Assembly: GCA_002269645.1 (NCBI GenBank)
Contig: NIVC01000496.1
Span: 21,164 to 85,163 of the forward strand
DNA from: Macrostomum lignano
Lineage: Eukaryota
Reading direction: 5' to 3'
DNA length: 64,000 bases
Positions 59,199 through 64,000 of this stretch are shown piece after piece. Under the pieces are notes generated by a model, which saw only the letters and a program-made list of their open reading frames with translations, ran no database searches and was not told where the DNA came from. Each line of letters starts with the position of its first letter. The stretch's first letter is position 1. A program made the translations under genes and the position numbers.

Positions 59199-61966
59199 TC
59201 ACTTCAAGCCACGAGCCGCGAGCTTCGTCGGTGAAAACGAGCCGCTGTCTTTCAACTGGTCGGGCTGGCCCAGAGGCATCGTCTGCGGCACATCGAAGGT
59301 GACTGCCGAAAGTGTCGAAACCTTTCGACTGCGCCGGGGCCGCGACCGCTGTACCATGTGGCGAGTGGTCTCTGTGGCGACGTTTACATAGATATTGTCC
59401 CCATCAGTCAGTCGCAGGCTCTTAGCGGACCCGTTGGTGCCAAGCTCCATCCATGGGCGAACACCTGCAGTAATTTTAAGAGATATAGATAGTGAATAAA
59501 AAACAGCTACCTCGCAGCCCTTCAGTTTAGTATGGCCCAGAAAACATCTGTCGAGATAGACGAGAACCTTAATATGCTCAACACAAAGCTGATGCAGTTG
59601 TTATTGACGACCGGAGCTTCAAGTGTCCTACCTGGTTTTTGGACCTATCGGGACGCTGCAGCGCGACACGGTCAGGTCCTTGTCCCGTTTGCTATCAGTA
59701 TACAGAGGCCTGTGCAATTTCTCCATCCATCCAGAGACCTCCTGTAAGGCCCGTGGCCCCCACTGAGCTTGCCGACGGATCCATCAGGGTCCTGTTTGAC
59801 CAACTGCTCGATTCTAGTTTTGGTGTCGAACCAGAGTCGAAATGGTCTTTTGCCCGTTTGGCAAAGCTATCAAGGTATGTTAAAGAGCTAAATTCCCATC
59901 GAGAGAATTTACTGACGCCGGTGAGGCTGTAGAATTCTTTCTGATTGTAGATGCGAGGGCGTAAATGTCTAGCTAAGAACAGGAAGCGGAACATGCGGAA
60001 CCTCACTACTGGATGTACATTCCACTGGTCAAGGAAACAAATATCTAGGTGCAACGCTCACGCATAGCCTTCGTTAGACCAAGCACGTTGACATTGTCAT
60101 TGGACACTCTAAGCGGTGTTTCTTCCAGGCGAAATGGCTATCGGGGCAACCTGGCGGCTCTCTCCCAAGATGCTAAGGTGGATCTACACGGGCATCATCC
60201 AACCCAGCATTATCTATGCGCGTCTCATCTGGTCCAACGCGTTGGAGCTGAAGACGGTGAGGGATTGGCTGTACTAACTGCAGGGCAGTAATTGCCGGGA
60301 CATAACTGATGCGTACCCCTCCACCCCTAAGAGGGCTCAAAAATATCCTAACATGCTTCCGCAGCACCAAGCTGAGGCGATGAAAGGCCCGTATTAAGGC
60401 CTTGTCCTCTATCAAGCTATCAACCAAATCAGCTTTAAACTGCTTTATAAGCTTGCAAAAGCTAGCGATTCTCAATAGGATCAACGTGATCTGGACACCA
60501 GGCCACAGCAAAATCCGAAGTCATCCGTTAACCTCGTCATTCACAATTGTCTGAGCCACCAACATCAGCTGCACTGGAACAGCTGCTCCGAATATCAAAA
60601 AACATGCATGAGCTGCGGTGCCTGTTATAAACTGGGGAGTATACAAATTCCTGATCTCTTTAAATAAAACTGATATTAGGGAGATGTGGATGATCATTGC
60701 TGGCCATGGCTTCTTCTACAGTAGACATATTTCACTACAAATTGATTGCTCTGAAATTTGGCTCTATTATAGCTTAGAGGTGGAAACAGCGGCGCACCAC
60801 GTCACATTCTGCCCGCACTTCATCAAAGCTCGGAGACATCATCTCGGCTTTCCGTTAAGGTTAGAAGAGCTCACCACCCCGAGCCGGATCCGTGACCTAC
60901 GCGCATTCGTCCGGGACTCCGGCCGGATGAAGATCGCAGACGCCACTCTCGCGAGCTCTTCTGCTGCTGGCTTGGATAGGCGCAGCCCCAAGGCTAACGC
61001 CTTGTTGTTTTTTGCTTGGGGTTGCAATAGGGGCCACGGTCTAATCGCGGCGTCGTGCTTCTCGTAAGTAGTAAGTAAGTAGTAGTAGATGTCTAACAAC
61101 TGAAACCCGATAATCTAATCCGAACGTAAACTGATGTTTACTCACCGGGGCCAACATTGCCAAAGGCGTCTCCGAACGCCTCAACCCCGTAGAAGCCGTC
61201 AACGCAAAAGTGCAGCCCCAGAAGGGAGGTCAGTCCAAGGCGAGACTTGAGGCCGTGAAAGATGACACCGATTTTTATATTGACCCTCATTCGAACCTTA
61301 ATGCAGTGCGTCCAGATGGGCAGGTACTTCGTTTTATACAGGTCGCTGCGGCGCACTCCTTTCTGGTTGAGCAGGTAGCCAACGTACATCTCAGCGTTGC
61401 GACGCATGACGCGGAAGTTCAGCACAACATAGCGATAGTAAAGCGGCTGGATCGCCTCCCGGCGGGCCCGGCACAGGGTTTTCAGATATGGATGGCGAAA
61501 CACGTTAAGGTCCTGCGGGATGCCAGTAAGTGCTGGATGAACTTTCTCAAGTCCCTACCAAGGAGGCTTAGCAGTTCCAAATTCTATGGCTAAGTCGCCG
61601 AGACTTTAACAAAATAACAGTCAACTCTAGTTATTCAAGAGGTGCTATGACTACACATTAGAGGATTTGATGCAAATAAATTCGAGATAAACAATACAGT
61701 ATGAATCCCCTCACCCCCGGTTTGTCCGGACAGCCATCCTCGTCCACGGGCACAGTGAGTGGTTTGCTAGTCTCGGCCGTGAGGTGCTCCAGAGTCTCGC
61801 CCAGCTCCGAGAGCTCGTTCCGGCTGCGCCGAATCGGCGAGTCGCCAACTGGGGACATGGAAGGCCGGGAGAGTCTCCGCCGGTCGATGAAGCCAATGTC
61901 GAGCTCGATGACCGTGGAGTTGCCGCGCTGGCTCAGACGAGGTGAGGGTGAGTATTCTTCCACCAT
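59199..61966 (-). CDS. Unrecognised protein (~308 aa), 3 exons; possibly a 5' part of the RhoGAP gene
   Basis: Exons 61966-61715 (phase 0, GTGAGG donor), 61554-61146 (phase 1, GTGAGT donor), 59464-59199. Lengths sum to 927 nt with no internal stop. Confidence 0.55.
59520..61070 (+). mobile_element. Old degenerate LINE (I/Loa/R1-like) fragment in the intron of the unknown gene
   Basis: Frameshifted pieces [62 protein letters not shown]; (TAAG/TAG)n tail at ~61045-61070. Confidence 0.7.
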
Positions 61967-62498
61967 TGCGCCCGAGTCTGCGTGCCGCTGTGGCTGGAGA
62001 TGAGAATTTCTGCTGTGACTGGGCCTAATTGTAGCCAGCATTCTCCCAGTGAGCGGGCCAGGGCCTGCCACAGACAAATCCCAAAGCCAGCTGCTAAGTG
62101 CAGCGGGTGTTTGTGCACTTTTGCTTGCCTGCTTTAATTTAGCTTTTATTTCCCTCTAAGTATATGATAATAGCCATTTAATAGACAGCTTAATTTAATG
62201 GTTTTTTATATAAAATCAAATTGCTTATTTTGGCGTATTCCATCTGGTCGACCGTGGTTGCGGGCGGGGTGTGGGGGGGCAGAGCCCCCCCCCACAATCA
62301 AACTATAGACAAACTTCTATGTAGAAATATCTCAAAACAGCTTATACAGTTTTAAATCTTTCTCGCGGCCATGACAATTTTTTAGTAAGAATTTTCTTAA
62401 GACAGTCAGCAAGTGAAAGAATGTCTAAAACGGAGAGAAGCAAATGCAACAAAATTTGTCTAACTGCTTTACCGAGGATTTGTGCTGTTCAATTTGCT

Positions 62499-63700
62499 AT
62501 GGCTGGCGCTGAGGAAGACTTCGAATTCTCTGATTCTTCAACTCATTCGAGAATCCACCTGCTGCTATATCGGTGCGTCTATCATTACCTTCGACAAGCC
62601 GTGTGGGTGAGTTGCTTGATTCGACCGACTTGGAGCGCAGGATGTCTGATCGAGAATCATCGGTCCTTTGCCAAGGTGGCTAGGATATTGTGTCCAGTGC
62701 TTTGCAAGGCATCTCTGTTCCAGAAGTAAACCCGAGCAGCGGTCCCACCAGTGAGTTTGTCGCTTCTGATGAGTCTTGTGAGTCCTCTACTATACAATGC
62801 TCACGGAGTGAAGTCTACGAGCGTATCGTCATTTTGAGGGTCTAAAATTGAAATCCTGTTGAGTGCGTGCAGACTTTTTTGAAGCTAGCATGAAAAACTA
62901 TTGAGAAGAAGCATGAGTTATGCGTTATTCGTTTTCTGTTTTTGTCGTTTTCTATTTGCGGCATCAAATACACATGAATTGCTTATTAGTCTATGGTACA
63001 CATAGTTGTCATAGACTATTGATTCCTTGCTGCGAAGACGCCCATTAAACGTCAATTAAATAAGCAATCGGATTATTAGAGAATACCGAGCGCTCTTATC
63101 TCCATTCACTGCGCACTACCACTGAAGTCTGAGTCTGAAGGTAAAAGCTATGCCAGTAAACAGCGATGTGGTTTCTAATAAACACATATTTTACCAAGGC
63201 AGTTGATACCAAAATTGTACACTCTGGAAAGAAGTGGATGTAGAGATATTCTAGAGCAAAGCAAAGTTTCGTGAGGAGGCTCTGTTTAGGCTGAGCTCAT
63301 ATAATGAAATACTTTCGACTGGAACAGAAGCTTTGGTGGAGTGGAGCAGCTAAGAGTTTACACCTAAAGACTGCAGTGCCCTCTAAGTACTCAAACTCTC
63401 CGTTCACCTGGCCATGGGTTGCTCGCCCAGCAGCTTCTCTGGCGCCAAGAAGGGTTCGTGATTTCCATCTGGCTGTGGCAACTTTGCTGGAGCTTATTGC
63501 TCCGTGAGCACTTTTCCTCACTTGCCCATTGCTTTTCTCTTTCAGGCCGCTCTAGGAAAAGGATGAAGAAGAAAGAGGTGCGCCCAGCGGAATACATATT
63601 TTTGCCTTTTCACTTCTAAGATGCCAAAAGATTATCCTATTGAATCCGCTATTTTCCAGATCGCAGACCCAAGCCTCGAGTCAGAGGCCACGGCGGAGGT
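62499..63700 (+). CDS. Possible first exons of a + strand gene divergent from the unknown gene
   Basis: ATG 62499 to a GTGAGT donor at 62607 (phase 0); candidate 39-nt exon near 63660-63698 bounded by TTTTCCAG and GTGAGT. No recognisable domain. Confidence 0.25.
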
Positions 63701-64000
63701 GAGTTGTGCTCAGATTCTTGGTTTTCAAACATTCAGAACATGAAAAATGGCAGATACTAAATTTTGATTTGAAAACTTTCAGACAGTGATGGAGTGCCAG
63801 TGAGAATTCCAGCTGCTTTGAGCATGTTTCGCTTCTCTATTCCACTGTCTATTGTCTTTCAATGCCATTCAATAATAATGATAAGCTCTCGGTTTTCTTC
63901 CCTCCGACCCTTTTTTAGGAGATTGATGACGGCGGCAGCTGCGGCTTTGTGACTGGGGCCACCACTTGAGACTCTAATTTTTTGCACTGTCTATGTAGCA

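Overview
Eukaryotic (invertebrate metazoan) genomic DNA: GC-rich spliced exons, GT-AG introns packed with minisatellites, and several transposon relics. The style is consistent with a free-living flatworm such as Macrostomum, but that is inference only. Genes reconstructed by hand from splice sites and reading phase: AMPK alpha (+, 6210-10976); a signal-anchored JmjC/cupin protein (-, 13897-11831); an approximately 30-exon polycystin-1-like (PKD1L) gene (+, 15661-35608) with extracellular PLAT + 13 TSP1 repeats + GAIN with a degenerate GPS + 11 TM; Rab2 (-, 43836-36929); a SYD-1/RhoGAP100F-like C2-RhoGAP (-, at least 57124-47377); and an unrecognised 3-exon gene of about 308 aa (-, 61966-59199). 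Mobile DNA: hAT-like, Harbinger and TA-target MITEs; a young 5'-truncated LINE inserted inside a PKD1L coding exon; a CpG-decayed Ty3/Gypsy in Rab2 intron 1; an internally deleted piggyBac; and an old LINE. Most notable pattern: at least five tandem repeats whose unit spans an exon-intron junction, producing arrays of duplicated splice donors or acceptors, some fully in frame. No CRISPR, rRNA or tRNA was seen. All coordinates were read by eye and may be off by a few bases.
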